Assembly: GCA_965207075.1 (NCBI GenBank)
Contig: CBDBLO010000002.1
Span: 896,001 to 960,000 of the forward strand
DNA from: Nitrosopumilus sp.
GTDB lineage: Archaea > Thermoproteota > Nitrososphaeria > Nitrososphaerales > Nitrosopumilaceae
Direction: 5' to 3'
DNA: 64,000 nt
Shown here: positions 47,477-58,005 of the stretch, piece by piece
Layout of the letters: each line of letters begins with the position of its first letter
Position numbering within the stretch: position 1 is the stretch's first letter
Position numbers and translations under genes: made by a program
The notes under the pieces: generated by a model
What the model saw: the letters and a program-made list of their open reading frames with translations, nothing else
Database searches by the model: none
What the model was told of the DNA's origin: nothing

Positions 47477-48241
47477 CTACCTCTTCTGGCCCCTGCCGCT
47501 ACCGCCTCTGCCATTCTCATTGCTAAAGTATTTCTCGCTCAGCGCCTTTTTCTGGAGCTCGTACACCTGCATGCACCCCTTTATGCCGATCTCGACGCAC
47601 TTTTCGTATTCCTCGGGGGTCAGTACCCCGTCAAGCTGTAGCAGCGTGATCTTCTCGAGGCTGGGCATGTATCCCATCGGCATGTCGGCCTGGCCTGCCT
47701 GGTCCTCCTCGTTGTTCACGTCAAGGATGACCGTGTCTGCCACCTTGCCGGCCGCGCAGGCCGCCACCATGTCCCTCATTGGGATTCCGGCGTCTGCCAG
47801 TGCGACTGATGCGGCCGAGAGCGCCGCGCACCTGGTGCCTCCATCCGCCTGCAGCACCTCTATGAACACGTCGACCACGGTCCTGGGGAACATCTCGAGC
47901 ATTACGGCCGGCTCGAGCGCCTCCTTGATCACCTTTGATATCTCAATCTCTCTCCTCGACGGGGCGGGGTTCTTCCTCTCGCCCACAGAGAACGGCTCCA
48001 TGTGGTACCTGACGCGCAGTATTCCGGTGTCCGTATCTGACATGTGCTTTGGGTGCACGTCCCTGGGGCCGAACACGCCTGCCACTATCTTGTTGTCGCC
48101 AAACTCGATGTATGCAGAGCCGTCGGCGTTCTTGAGGCCGCCCGCCTTTATCATGACGCGGCGCGTCTCGTCCACCTTGCGGCCGTCGCACCTGATGCCG
48201 TTCTCGTCAAGCAGCACCATGGTGGCCTCTCGTCCGCCCAT
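47477..48241 (-). CDS. rrp41: Exosome exonuclease Rrp41
   Basis: ADGSAYIEFG, PSRREIEISKVI, QADGGTR, EEDQAGQADMP. Confidence 0.97.
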   Translation of the reverse strand: MGGREATMVLLDENGIRCDGRKVDETRRVMIKAGGLKNADGSAYIEFGDNKIVAGVFGPRDVHPKHMSDTDTGILRVRYHMEPFSVGERKNPAPSRREIEISKVIKEALEPAVMLEMFPRTVVDVFIEVLQADGGTRCAALSAASVALADAGIPMRDMVAACAAGKVADTVILDVNNEEDQAGQADMPMGYMPSLEKITLLQLDGVLTPEEYEKCVEIGIKGCMQVYELQKKALSEKYFSNENGRGGSGRGQKR

Positions 48242-48966
48242 TACTCCTTGTCATCCTCCCTGCGTTCAGTAGTAGTCTCGCGCGGCGCGTTGTTGCCCGA
48301 CTCTAGCATCTCCCTCACTTTTTCAGTCAGGTTTGTAGAGTGCGCCATGCTGTTTACCATTTCAATCGCCTTCTTTGCCTTTAATAATCCCTCTGCATCG
48401 TCGCACGCGACCACGACCCGTCCGTTCTGGCCTATGGTAATTATGGAGTCCGTGGCAGTCTCTATCGTCTGTATCATGGTGCCGCGCTTTCCAATCAGCC
48501 TGGGCACCCTGCCGGGCGCTATCTCTACGAGCTCGCCGGAGTCGATCTTGCCCAGGTCCCTGTCTGATATGGTCACAAGCGGGTCGCGCGTGCGGTCAAA
48601 GTTTGCAATCCTGGCCGCCACCAGGTCGCCGGTCTTCAGCTTTGTTGCAAGCTCGTCGGCGTGCGCCGAAAAGTCCCGCCCGAACACGTCGGTTGCCGGC
48701 AGAAATCCCACGTAGCACGAGTTGATGTCAAGCTCCCACGAAAGCGAGGTGTGCGTTATGACCTTGCCCACCACCAGGTCGTTTATCTTTGGAATGTACT
48801 TGCCCGCAAGCGGAATCACCTTTACCGTGTTGTCGTATATCTCCGAGACCCCCACCGCGGTGGACACTATCTTCTTATCGCCCACAAGAGTCACGTTCTG
48901 CTCGGGACGGTATGGCCCCGAGGTTATCGTGTCGCCTGGTATGACGTACCTTCTCCGCACATCCAC
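48241..48966 (-). CDS. rrp4: Exosome RNA-binding subunit Rrp4
   Basis: YVIPGD, YIPKINDLVVG (S1), VPRLIGKRG (KH), GQNGRV. GTG start overlaps the SBDS stop. Confidence 0.95.
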   Translation of the reverse strand: MDVRRRYVIPGDTITSGPYRPEQNVTLVGDKKIVSTAVGVSEIYDNTVKVIPLAGKYIPKINDLVVGKVITHTSLSWELDINSCYVGFLPATDVFGRDFSAHADELATKLKTGDLVAARIANFDRTRDPLVTISDRDLGKIDSGELVEIAPGRVPRLIGKRGTMIQTIETATDSIITIGQNGRVVVACDDAEGLLKAKKAIEMVNSMAHSTNLTEKVREMLESGNNAPRETTTERREDDKE

Positions 48967-49652
48967 TACTTTGCCACCTCTACGCCGGCGGAACCGCGGG
49001 TTATCGAACCCAGCCTGTCTATCACGGCGGGCCTGTCCCCCGCTGGTATTTCTAGTATTGCTTTTAGCGAGCCGTCGTTCTGCCACTGCTCGTCCCTCAG
49101 CGTGCCGACGGACTTTAGCACGGCGTACGACTTGGAGGCGTACTGGGCCGGTATGGTAACCTGAAGCTCTGCATTCTCGGACTTTAGCGGTATTATGGAG
49201 CGCAGCTTCTCCACCATCTCCTTGGCCTGCGGCTCGGCCCCCCTCTGCGGGTCGACTGACACCCTGGCGTCCTTCATGGCCTGCTCTATGCGGAGCGGCG
49301 GATGCGGCAGGTGCGTCCGGGGGTCGACGTAGGTCTTTGCAATGAACTCTATGATCTGCCTCCGCTTCTCGTCTGTCATCTTGCGCCTCTGCTCTGTGGT
49401 GAGGTTGAGATCTCCGTTTTGCAGTATGATTCTAGACGCCTCTGCCGGATCGCTGGTGCCGAACGCTTTTTGCAGCTTTTCGGCCGACGGCTTTGTGCCC
49501 TTGCCCGAGTCCGTGTACACGTCGTCGGATATCATTACGGAGCTATGGTTGGTACGCCTTCCCAGCTTGTACTCCAGGGCCGCGTCCGGCTTTACCAGTA
49601 TCTCGAATTTGTCCCCTTCGTGCGAGTAGCGCACTATGGTCATCTCGGCCAT
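48966..49652 (-). CDS. Ribosome maturation factor SBDS/Sdo1
   Basis: KFEILV, AFGT, QNGDLNLTTEQRR, VDPRTHLPHPPLRIEQAM. Confidence 0.96.
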   Translation of the reverse strand: MAEMTIVRYSHEGDKFEILVKPDAALEYKLGRRTNHSSVMISDDVYTDSGKGTKPSAEKLQKAFGTSDPAEASRIILQNGDLNLTTEQRRKMTDEKRRQIIEFIAKTYVDPRTHLPHPPLRIEQAMKDARVSVDPQRGAEPQAKEMVEKLRSIIPLKSENAELQVTIPAQYASKSYAVLKSVGTLRDEQWQNDGSLKAILEIPAGDRPAVIDRLGSITRGSAGVEVAK

Positions 49653-49840
49653 TGCAGTTCTGTGCGCGGCGCCATTTATCTACTGTGCGGTCGCGCCGGC
49701 GCCGGTTCCCGCTACGCGCCGGCACCGCATGCCGGTTCAAAGAACGGTCTGGGGTGGCGCGTTTTGTCACTGCTGGCGCCCCTGTACCGCCCCCGGCCCC
49801 GGTATGTTAATTATTTATGGTGTGAACCGCGACATGCATC

Positions 49841-51937
49841 ATGTCCAGCCACGCGGACATCCGTGCTTGCCCAGGCCTTGCCCCGGACGCCGTCCCGACC
49901 GCGCATCCCGCGGCCGCGGGGCGTACTGCGCCGCGTGCGCCCGTCACACGGATGCCCGTCCTGTCCGCGGCAACCGTCGCAATGGTGGCGGTGCTGGCCG
50001 CGTTTCTGGCGTCTGCGCCCCTCTTGGCCGGGCCCGCGTTTGCAGGCGAGGCGGGCTCCGCTTCGAGCCTGGCGTTGTTCATAAACGACCGGTACGTGGC
50101 CGCGGAGGTCGCGGCCGACCCGCCCATACTGAGGGAGGGGGAGGAGCGCATATCGCTTGAAGTGGCCATACATGACGTGGATGCAGATCCCCCGGTACCC
50201 GTATCTGACGTGTCGTACAACCTGGTGATCAGGGCCGGCGGCGACGTGCTGCTTGACCTTGACGTGTACTCGCCGTCCGGCACGTCTGTCATAGGCATCA
50301 TGCCGGACGCGTCGGGTGGCGCGACTGTCGTCTCGCAGGGCGAGCTGGACGCGTCTGGCGCATGGATCGCGTCGACTGACGAGCCCCTCCTGGTACGCGC
50401 CCCGGTCTTTCTGGAGGGCGGACTGGTCGACGTGTCGATTACGCTGCAGTCGATGGAGGGGGAGCCCGTGCTCGCGGAGGACTCCACATTAGAGGTTCCC
50501 CTGAGCGTGGGACAGTTCATACCGTTTGCAGTGGAGATTGACGGCGTGCAGACGGACTTTGTGTTTGCCACGTACCATGACAGGATAGAGGGATTCGGGT
50601 ACGACTCCCGCCAAAAGAGCATCACTGCGACGATGCCGTTTGACTGGGACGAGTCTGCCATAGGCGACGTCTCGTTCGTTCATGCAGAATACTACATACC
50701 AAAGACGGTCAAAATGTTCGAGGATCATGACATACTGCTTGCCGTAAGCGGCGTGCCGTACTTTGGCACGGTGGACAGGTCCGGCGACGATATGATAGTG
50801 GTGCACTTTCTCCTGTCCTCCTCCAAGCTTGCCGGCATGCTTGACTCGATCCCCGAGGACGAGCGCGACGTCATGACGTTTACGATAGCGTCCGGCAAGG
50901 AGCGCCAAAAGGAAAAGCAGGACGCATCGCTGGAAGAGGGCGACACCGTCGTAGTTCTGTCCGGCAGGGAGGACTGGAAGTTCTACGTCTGGCTGGAGCC
51001 TCCAGGCGGAGTCGCGCAGGGCCGAGACCTCGTGCTCAACGTAGAGTTTAGGGATCCCGTCACGAACATCATCATCCCGCTCATCACGTACGACATAGAC
51101 GTACTGCTTGACGGCCAGTCGGTCCTTTCCGAGCGCGGGCGCCACACGCCGGACGGAAGCGACCGCATACCGCTGCATTTTGCAGGGCCGGGGGCCGCCA
51201 TAGCCTCCATATCGCGGATAAACGACTTTGAGACGGGCGGCGAGTTTGCATTCACCGTGGGAAAGGGGCTTGGCCCCGACGGCGGCGGCGCGGGCGCCGT
51301 CGCCGCGTACGATCACATTGTCGAGATGGCGCCCGGCTCCTTTATGATAGGCTGCGAGCGGGACGATGCGTGCTTTGAGCCGTACGCGCTGGAGGCGCGG
51401 CAGGGCCAGACGGTCTCGTGGAAGAACCTGGACGAGCAGGGCCATACCGTGGCCTCTGGCACGCCCGGTGAGGGGCCGGACGGCATGTTTCTGAGCCCCG
51501 TTGTGGGGGAGGGACAGACATACGAGTACACGTTTGAGGACGTCGGCACGTTTGACTATTTTTGCACGCTGCACCCATGGATGCTTGGAACCGTCACTAT
51601 ACGCGAAGGGGACGGCGTTGGGAGCGGTGGCGGGGGGGAAGACTCCGACGACGTTGCAATACCCGACTGGGTAAAGTCAAACGCGCGGTGGTGGTCGGAC
51701 GGCATCATAGACGACGCCACGTTTGCGTCCGCACTCGAGTATCTGGTGCGGGAGGGGATAATTGCAATTCCCGGCACCTCGGATCCCGGCCCTGGCGATG
51801 CGGCGGGCGACAGCAGCGCTGCAATACCCGACTGGGTAAAGTCAAACGCGCGGTGGTGGTCGGACGGCATCATAGACGACGCCACGTTTGCGGGGGCCAT
51901 CGAGTGGATGATAGCAAACGGCGTCATTTCTCTGTGA
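49841..51937 (+). CDS. Secreted multidomain protein with plastocyanin/cupredoxin domain and paired IPDW...WW C-terminal repeats
   Basis: Signal/TM segment; type-1 copper ligands HTV...YFCTLHPWM; IPDWVKSNARWWSDGIIDDATF twice. Start could be a later Met. Confidence 0.85.
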   Translation: MSSHADIRACPGLAPDAVPTAHPAAAGRTAPRAPVTRMPVLSAATVAMVAVLAAFLASAPLLAGPAFAGEAGSASSLALFINDRYVAAEVAADPPILREGEERISLEVAIHDVDADPPVPVSDVSYNLVIRAGGDVLLDLDVYSPSGTSVIGIMPDASGGATVVSQGELDASGAWIASTDEPLLVRAPVFLEGGLVDVSITLQSMEGEPVLAEDSTLEVPLSVGQFIPFAVEIDGVQTDFVFATYHDRIEGFGYDSRQKSITATMPFDWDESAIGDVSFVHAEYYIPKTVKMFEDHDILLAVSGVPYFGTVDRSGDDMIVVHFLLSSSKLAGMLDSIPEDERDVMTFTIASGKERQKEKQDASLEEGDTVVVLSGREDWKFYVWLEPPGGVAQGRDLVLNVEFRDPVTNIIIPLITYDIDVLLDGQSVLSERGRHTPDGSDRIPLHFAGPGAAIASISRINDFETGGEFAFTVGKGLGPDGGGAGAVAAYDHIVEMAPGSFMIGCERDDACFEPYALEARQGQTVSWKNLDEQGHTVASGTPGEGPDGMFLSPVVGEGQTYEYTFEDVGTFDYFCTLHPWMLGTVTIREGDGVGSGGGGEDSDDVAIPDWVKSNARWWSDGIIDDATFASALEYLVREGIIAIPGTSDPGPGDAAGDSSAAIPDWVKSNARWWSDGIIDDATFAGAIEWMIANGVISL
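51655..51892 (+). repeat. 73-bp identical direct repeat (51655-51727 and 51820-51892)
   Basis: TGCAATACCCGACTGG...GCCACGTTTGCG is identical in both copies. Confidence 0.93.
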
Positions 51938-52210
51938 TGCTCTGCGCCTGCTGTGTGCGTGCCAATGCCGGTGCTGTGCCAGCGCCCGCCTTACGGTGTC
52001 GTACGCGACCGTGCCATGGGCCCCTGCGGCCGGTAGTGCGTGGCCGCATCTGCATCTGCGCTCCATTCCCTCACTCCCCCCACCCACTCGCACCCGCACA
52101 CCCCGCCTTGCCTTCTCTCTGTCCCTCCCCCCCTCCCGCGCCCCGCCTGTCCTTGCCGACGGCCTCCGCCGTCTAGATTTTTATTTGGAGTCACGGGCGT
52201 CAAAAGAGAT

Positions 52211-52849
52211 TTGTCGTCTCTGGAGCTTGTTCACAAGGATGACCGCAAGATATCCGTAAAGCTGAAGGGTGTCCCGCTGCAGTATGCAAACGCGCTGCGG
52301 AGGACGTGCCTCAACGACGTGCCCGTGTTTGCAATAGATACCGTCGACATCATACAGAACTCGTCGGTGATTCCAGACGAAGGCCTGGCGCACAGGCTGG
52401 GACTGATCCCGCTGAGGACCGACCTTGAGAGGTTCTCTGAGCCTGCAGACTGCTCGTGCGGGGGCGATCCGGGGTGCTCGAACTGCCGCGTCATGCTTGT
52501 GCTTGACTCGGCAGAGTCTGAATCCGAAAGCATTACGGTTTTCTCAGAAAGCCTGATCTCTGACGATGCCGACGTCTTGCCAATCTCCGACAAGGTTCCG
52601 ATAGTGCGCCTTGCGCCCGGACAAAAGGTCAAGGCCGAGTGCTTTGCCAGGCTCGGGCGCGGGACGGAGCATGCAAAGTGGAACTCTGCAAACGTCTCTG
52701 TACTGGTGGACGGCGAAACAGAAGACGAGCGCATACTGACGGTCGAATCCACGGGCGCGCTCAGGCCGGAACAGATCCTGCTTGCCGGCATAGACGAGGT
52801 CAACCGCAAACTGGCCGAGTTTCAGGGCATGGTAAAGGAACTAGGATAA
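52211..52849 (+). CDS. rpoD: RNA polymerase subunit D (Rpo3)
   Basis: YANALRR...VPVFAID...NSSVIPDEGLAHRLGLIPL, Cys cluster, GTEHAKW. TTG start inferred. Confidence 0.96.
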   Translation: MSSLELVHKDDRKISVKLKGVPLQYANALRRTCLNDVPVFAIDTVDIIQNSSVIPDEGLAHRLGLIPLRTDLERFSEPADCSCGGDPGCSNCRVMLVLDSAESESESITVFSESLISDDADVLPISDKVPIVRLAPGQKVKAECFARLGRGTEHAKWNSANVSVLVDGETEDERILTVESTGALRPEQILLAGIDEVNRKLAEFQGMVKELG

Positions 52850-53314
52850 TCCCGACGCTGAGGTCCGGGATTCTGCGCCTGCCCGCGTCAACTTTGTGCA
52901 CAGTCCGACATACCTGCAACGGCCGCATACATCAGAATGTCCACGACGCGTAACACACCAAGAGTCACAGACGGCACTAGATGCCCATCCCCGCGCCCGA
53001 AGGCGCCCTGCAGCGACAGCGGCGGCCCGCATCATGCCTTTACGGACTCCGTCGGCTCGCTGCCGGGACGGCCGCATGAGCCTGCATGGGATCGCACCCC
53101 TGCACTTGCAAGCGTCCGAGGGCCTCTCGGCGTGCGTACCGCCCATCCGTCCGCGTGGGGCGTCTCGAGGCGTCGCATGCAGGACCCCTGGGCCGTTATG
53201 GCTGCCACGCGGCGCCCGCCATTGCCGTCCGGGCCTGCGTGCTGCCGCCCGCCGCATGATTCCCGCCCCCTGCGCTAGGCATACATTATATTTGGGCCGC
53301 AGACGGCGCCCTGC

Positions 53315-53662
53315 ATGGCAAATTCCGTGCTACTGCATACCGCGCGAGACCTCAAAAGGGCGTCCTTGCAGCATGACGCCCCCCTGTGGGCCCGCCTTGC
53401 AGAGTACATGCTAAAACCGTCGTCTGCGCGCCGCAACATCAACATAAAGCGACTTGGACAGCTTACAAAGGCCGACGACACCGTGGTCTTTCCGGGCAAG
53501 GTGCTGGGCACGGGAAGCATCCCGCACCGCATCACCCTGTACTCCTTCTCTATATCTGCAAGCGCCCTCTCAAAGATCAAGGCGGCGGGGGGGACTGCCA
53601 TTGCGCACGATGTTCTGATAAGCCAGAATCCGACCGGCAAGGGGGTCGTCCTGCTTGGCTGA
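53315..53662 (+). CDS. rpl18e: 50S ribosomal protein L18e (eL18)
   Basis: APLWARLAE...VFPGKVLGTG...SASALSKIKAAGG. Confidence 0.95.
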   Translation: MANSVLLHTARDLKRASLQHDAPLWARLAEYMLKPSSARRNINIKRLGQLTKADDTVVFPGKVLGTGSIPHRITLYSFSISASALSKIKAAGGTAIAHDVLISQNPTGKGVVLLG

Positions 53663-54386
53663 GGGCAACGACGCCTCTTCGAGACAGGGCGATATGCCTT
53701 CTGGGGATGCGGCGGCTCCATCCTCCCAGCCTGCGGAAGAAAATAAAGAGCAAGTGCTTGAGCTCTCACTGGATTCCAAAAAAGAGGTACCTGCAGAGAT
53801 ACAGGAGGACGCGGGCTCCGAAGGGGATCTTGCTGCAAAGGGCCAAGACTCTGACGATTCTGGTGCTGGCGACGCGCCTGCAGGCGCCGCGGGCGCCCCC
53901 AAGACGCGTCCTGGCAAGGGAAAGTCGCCCAATCCGAACGCCGACGGCACCGACAGGCCCATTGTGGTCGATGCGTCTAATCACGTCGCAGGCCGACTCT
54001 CGTCGCTTGTTGCAAAGATGCTCCTGAAGGGGAACCGCATCTCCCTTGTAAACTGCGAACGCATCATGATAAGCGGCACTCGCTCCAACACCATACACGA
54101 ATACCGGCAGTTTCTAAAGATAAACAGCATAATCAACCCAAAGCATGGGCCTGTCCACTACCGCAGGCCCGACACGGTGATTACAAAGATGATACGCGGG
54201 ATGCTGCCTTTTGAGAAAAAACCGTCTGGCAAGACATCCCACAAGCGGTTGCGCGCCTACGTCGGCTCGCCCAAGGAACTAAAGCCGTTCAAAAAGGTGC
54301 AGTTTGAAAAGGCAATGATAAGGAGATCCGCATCCTCGTATACCACGATGGGGGAGCTCTGCAGGGTTATAGGGTGGACTGAATGA
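53655..54386 (+). CDS. rpl13: 50S ribosomal protein L13 (uL13) with ~98-aa acidic N-terminal extension
   Basis: IVVDASNHVAGRLSS.VAK.LL.G, GPVHYRRPD, IRGMLP. TTG start overlaps the rpl18e end. Confidence 0.95.
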   Translation: MAEGNDASSRQGDMPSGDAAAPSSQPAEENKEQVLELSLDSKKEVPAEIQEDAGSEGDLAAKGQDSDDSGAGDAPAGAAGAPKTRPGKGKSPNPNADGTDRPIVVDASNHVAGRLSSLVAKMLLKGNRISLVNCERIMISGTRSNTIHEYRQFLKINSIINPKHGPVHYRRPDTVITKMIRGMLPFEKKPSGKTSHKRLRAYVGSPKELKPFKKVQFEKAMIRRSASSYTTMGELCRVIGWTE

Positions 54387-54835
54387 CGACGCCAAAGACC
54401 GAGATATACTTTGCAACGCGCAAGACGTCGAGCGCCCACGTATACATAACAAAGGGCAAGGGCAGGGTGCGTGTAAACAACGTCCCCGTTGAGATGATTC
54501 CGCAGGAGATTGCAAGGGAGGTGATGCTTGCGCCACTTGAGATTGCCGGCGAGGGCGTGCGACAGCAGATCGACATCTCTGTACGCGTCAGAGGCGGCGG
54601 CGTCATGGGACAGGCAGGAGCCGCCTCAATCGGTATATCCAGGGCCCTGACAGGATGGACAAAGTCCAAGAAGGAGCCGCGGGCGCACCCATTTTCGAGA
54701 TCCGATCGCGAAACCCTGCGCAAGAGGATTGCCGACTATGACAAGTACCTGATAAGCGGCGATGCCCGGCGCAAGGAACCCAAAAAGTTCGGCGGGCCCG
54801 GCGCGAGAAGAAGAAAGCAGAAATCATACCGGTAG
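54383..54835 (+). CDS. rps9: 30S ribosomal protein S9 (uS9)
   Basis: GKGRVRVN, VRGGGVMGQA, EPKKFGGPGARRRKQKSYR. Confidence 0.97.
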   Translation: MTTPKTEIYFATRKTSSAHVYITKGKGRVRVNNVPVEMIPQEIAREVMLAPLEIAGEGVRQQIDISVRVRGGGVMGQAGAASIGISRALTGWTKSKKEPRAHPFSRSDRETLRKRIADYDKYLISGDARRKEPKKFGGPGARRRKQKSYR

Positions 54836-54943
54836 CCGCGACGCATCCTGTCGCCGCCGCCGCCGCCGCCGCATGTACATCGCCACTCCCGTCTTGGTCA
54901 ATACGTATGATTATATCTCAATCTAGCTACCGTCCGTACACAC

Positions 54944-55804
54944 ATGAAGGCAGTAATCATGGCCGGCGGGCAGGGCACCCGGGGCAGGCCGTATTCGGAG
55001 TACTTTCCAAAGGCGATGACTCCCGTACGCGACAAGCCCCTCATCGACCACATTGTACGGTATGTCGAGTCGTTTGAGTTTGTGGATCAGGTTGTTGTAA
55101 TCACAGATCTTGCGGGACTGGGTGGGCAGATCTACAACTATTACGGCGCAGACGATCCCGCGTGCGACTCGGGACGCATTGCATTCGTGCAGGACTCGCA
55201 GAGCGGCACCGGCGGGGACCTGCTGCACGCGTCAGGACTGATCCCGCCAGGCGAGCCGTTTGTGCTGTGGTTCGCCGACAACCTGTGCGCCGTGGATCTG
55301 GCCGGAATGTACAGACAGTTCCGTGACATGGGAAGCGCGGTGTGCATTGCGACTCGCGCCAAGCGCGCCGAAGAGACGGGTTTTGCCGTAGTCGACGACG
55401 ACGGAGTCGTGCTCAAGTTCGTCGAAAAGCCCGTGATGGAGCTGCCCCTGCCCGAGTGCCTCGGGGTGTATATGCTGCGTCACGACGTGCTGTCGCGCAT
55501 ATCCGACGCGATGGATAATGCGAATTCCGCGACGCGCGCTACGCGTGAGGCGGGTGATGGCAGCGGCGATGGCAGCGGCGATGGCAGCGGCAGCAGCAGA
55601 GATGCCACCGTCAGGACGCAGATCAACCTCTCCCATGACATACTGCAGGGACTCTCAGAGGAGGGCGCAATAAGCGCGTTTGACATTGGCGACGCGCAGT
55701 GGGTCGACGTAGAATCACCCGCGATTCTGGAGCGAAAAAAGGACGCCGTGCTCGAGATACTGTCTGAGATGACCCGCGCACGCCCCGAGGCAGGCGCCCC
55801 GTAG
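54944..55804 (+). CDS. Sugar-phosphate nucleotidyltransferase family protein
   Basis: MKAVIMAGGQGTR...PKAMTPV..KPLI, GTGG, FVEKP, WVDVE. Confidence 0.9.
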   Translation: MKAVIMAGGQGTRGRPYSEYFPKAMTPVRDKPLIDHIVRYVESFEFVDQVVVITDLAGLGGQIYNYYGADDPACDSGRIAFVQDSQSGTGGDLLHASGLIPPGEPFVLWFADNLCAVDLAGMYRQFRDMGSAVCIATRAKRAEETGFAVVDDDGVVLKFVEKPVMELPLPECLGVYMLRHDVLSRISDAMDNANSATRATREAGDGSGDGSGDGSGSSRDATVRTQINLSHDILQGLSEEGAISAFDIGDAQWVDVESPAILERKKDAVLEILSEMTRARPEAGAP

Positions 55805-55902
55805 CGGTTCGGGTTCTGCGCGTCTGGCATCACGCCCCAGTCTGTCGTCCGGTGTGCGTGACATGCTGTTGCCGCTCCACCCTCCCTTCCCTCCGCCGGT
55901 GG

Positions 55903-56571
55903 TTACGTCCCGGACGGCCTGTCGGGGAGCAGGGGAGGGGCCGCGCTCCCTGTCATGCTTGACTTCCTCTCAAACTCTGCTATCTCCTTCTCGTACTTTA
56001 GTGTCTGCGCAATCTCGTCTAGCCCCTCCAAAAGGACCGTCCGCCTGTGGGGCTCTATCTCAAACCGCGCCACGTGAGACGGGCCGGCGTGATCCCCCGG
56101 GCCGTACATCCTTACCTCCTTGGCCTCGAGGTCGACCTCTACGTCGCCCTCGAACTTGAGTATGTCTCGAACCTCGCCTCTCTCAAGCGTGACCGGAAGC
56201 ACGCCGTTTTTGAAGCAGTTGTTGTAGAATATGTCTGCAAAGGATGGCGCGATCACGGCCCTGAATCCATGGTCGGCAAGGGCCCATACCGCATGCTCCC
56301 TTGAGGAGCCGCACCCAAAGTTCTCCCCCGTCGCGAGTATGGCCGAGCCCTTGTATTTGGGATGGTTTAGCACAAAGTCGGGCCTCGGGACGACGGATGC
56401 GTCGCCGCTGCCGTCCTCTATCCTCTCATACCTCCAGTCATAAAACAGGTACCTTCCAAAGCCCGAGCGCTGCACCAGCTTTAGAAACTGCTTTGGCACT
56501 ATCTGGTCCGTATCGATGTTTATCTTGTCAAGCGGCGTTGCCACGCTCCTGACCGTACTAAACGGTTCCAT
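55903..56571 (-). CDS. leuD: 3-isopropylmalate dehydratase small subunit (bacterial-type)
   Basis: [45 protein letters not shown]. Confidence 0.94.
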   Translation of the reverse strand: MEPFSTVRSVATPLDKINIDTDQIVPKQFLKLVQRSGFGRYLFYDWRYERIEDGSGDASVVPRPDFVLNHPKYKGSAILATGENFGCGSSREHAVWALADHGFRAVIAPSFADIFYNNCFKNGVLPVTLERGEVRDILKFEGDVEVDLEAKEVRMYGPGDHAGPSHVARFEIEPHRRTVLLEGLDEIAQTLKYEKEIAEFERKSSMTGSAAPPLLPDRPSGT

Positions 56572-58003
56572 CCGGCATGTCCATCTCCCTTACGTCTACA
56601 AAGTGGCCGTTCACAGCGGCCGCGGCAGCCATCACGGGGCTTGCAAGGTGCGTCCTGCCCCCTGTCCCCTGCCTGCCCTCAAAGTTGCGGTTGGATGTGC
56701 TCGCGCAACGCTCGCCGGGCATGAGTATGTCCGGGTTCATTCCGAGGCACATGCTGCATCCTGACTCGCGCCACTCGAAACCCGCGTCCTTGAATACGGC
56801 GTCGAGGCCCATCTCCTCCGCGCCCCTCTTTACTGCCTGCGAGCCGGGCACCACCATGGCCCTCACCCCGCGTGCAATCTTTCGCCCCCTGACTGCGCGG
56901 GACGCCTCGATGAGATCCTCGAGCCTTGCATTGGTGCATGACCCGATGAAGACCCTGTCAAGCGATATCTCGGTCATGGGCGTCCCGGGTTCGAGCCCCA
57001 TGTACTGTAATGCCTTTCTGGCGCTATCCTCCCTTGACTTGTCGCCGTCCCCATACTCGGCGGGATCCGGCACCGCCTCCGTAACATCGCACGTCATTCC
57101 GGGGTTCGTCCCCCAGCTGACCTGGGGGGCTATCCTGCTTGCGTCGATCTCGTACCTCTTTGCAAACGACGCCTTTGAATCGGTCCTAAGCGTCTTTTCC
57201 CACATGTCGGCCATTTCCTCGTAGTTCTCCGGCGTGTACGTCCTGCCGCGCAGGTACTCGAACGTCTTTTCGTCCGGCGCCACGAGCCCCGCCCTGGCGC
57301 CCGCCTCGATTGACATGTTGCAGATTGTCATCCTCTGCTCCATTGACATGTCCGACACGGCCTGGCCCCTGTACTCTGCCACGTGCCCCGCGCCGCCGTC
57401 CGTTCCAATCTTCCGTATCACGTACAGTATGACGTCCTTTGCAGTGACCGCGTGCGGCCCTGACATGCGCCCGCGTATCATGATCTCGAGGGACTTGGGC
57501 TTCTGCATCCATACGGTCTGCGACGCCAGGACGTGCTCGACGTCGCTTGTGCCGATCCCAAAGGCCAGGGCCCCGAACGCCCCGTGGGTCGAGGTGTGGC
57601 TGTCGCCGCACACTATCGTGGCCCCCGGCAGCGTAATGCCGAGCTGCGGTCCAATCACGTGCACGATCCCCTGATCGGGGCTGTCCATGCCAAACAGCCT
57701 GATTCCGAACTCGCGGCAGTTCTCCTCAAGCGTGCGCACCTGCAGGTCGGACGTCTGGTCGGCCATGGGAAGCCTGCGTTCGCCGGGCGTGGTCGGCACG
57801 TTGTGGTCCATCGTGGCCACGGTAAGGTCGGGCCGCCTGACCCTCCTGCCGTTTGTACGCAGCCCCTCAAAGGCCTGCGGGGACGTTACCTCGTGCACCA
57901 TGTGCCTGTCCACGTAGAGCAGTGACGGGCCGTCCGCGCCATTGCGCAACACCTCGTGCGAGTCCCATATCTTTTCAAACAGGGTGGAGGCGTTCTGCGC
58001 CAT
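56558..58003 (-). CDS. leuC: 3-isopropylmalate dehydratase large subunit (bacterial-type)
   Basis: [51 protein letters not shown]. Confidence 0.95.
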   Translation of the reverse strand: MAQNASTLFEKIWDSHEVLRNGADGPSLLYVDRHMVHEVTSPQAFEGLRTNGRRVRRPDLTVATMDHNVPTTPGERRLPMADQTSDLQVRTLEENCREFGIRLFGMDSPDQGIVHVIGPQLGITLPGATIVCGDSHTSTHGAFGALAFGIGTSDVEHVLASQTVWMQKPKSLEIMIRGRMSGPHAVTAKDVILYVIRKIGTDGGAGHVAEYRGQAVSDMSMEQRMTICNMSIEAGARAGLVAPDEKTFEYLRGRTYTPENYEEMADMWEKTLRTDSKASFAKRYEIDASRIAPQVSWGTNPGMTCDVTEAVPDPAEYGDGDKSREDSARKALQYMGLEPGTPMTEISLDRVFIGSCTNARLEDLIEASRAVRGRKIARGVRAMVVPGSQAVKRGAEEMGLDAVFKDAGFEWRESGCSMCLGMNPDILMPGERCASTSNRNFEGRQGTGGRTHLASPVMAAAAAVNGHFVDVREMDMPDGTV

Positions 58004-58005
58004 GC

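Noticed and set aside
51655-51892. Diversity-generating retroelement TR/VR pair
   Set aside because: The copies are identical, with no adenine-specific mismatches, both are coding, and no reverse transcriptase is present.
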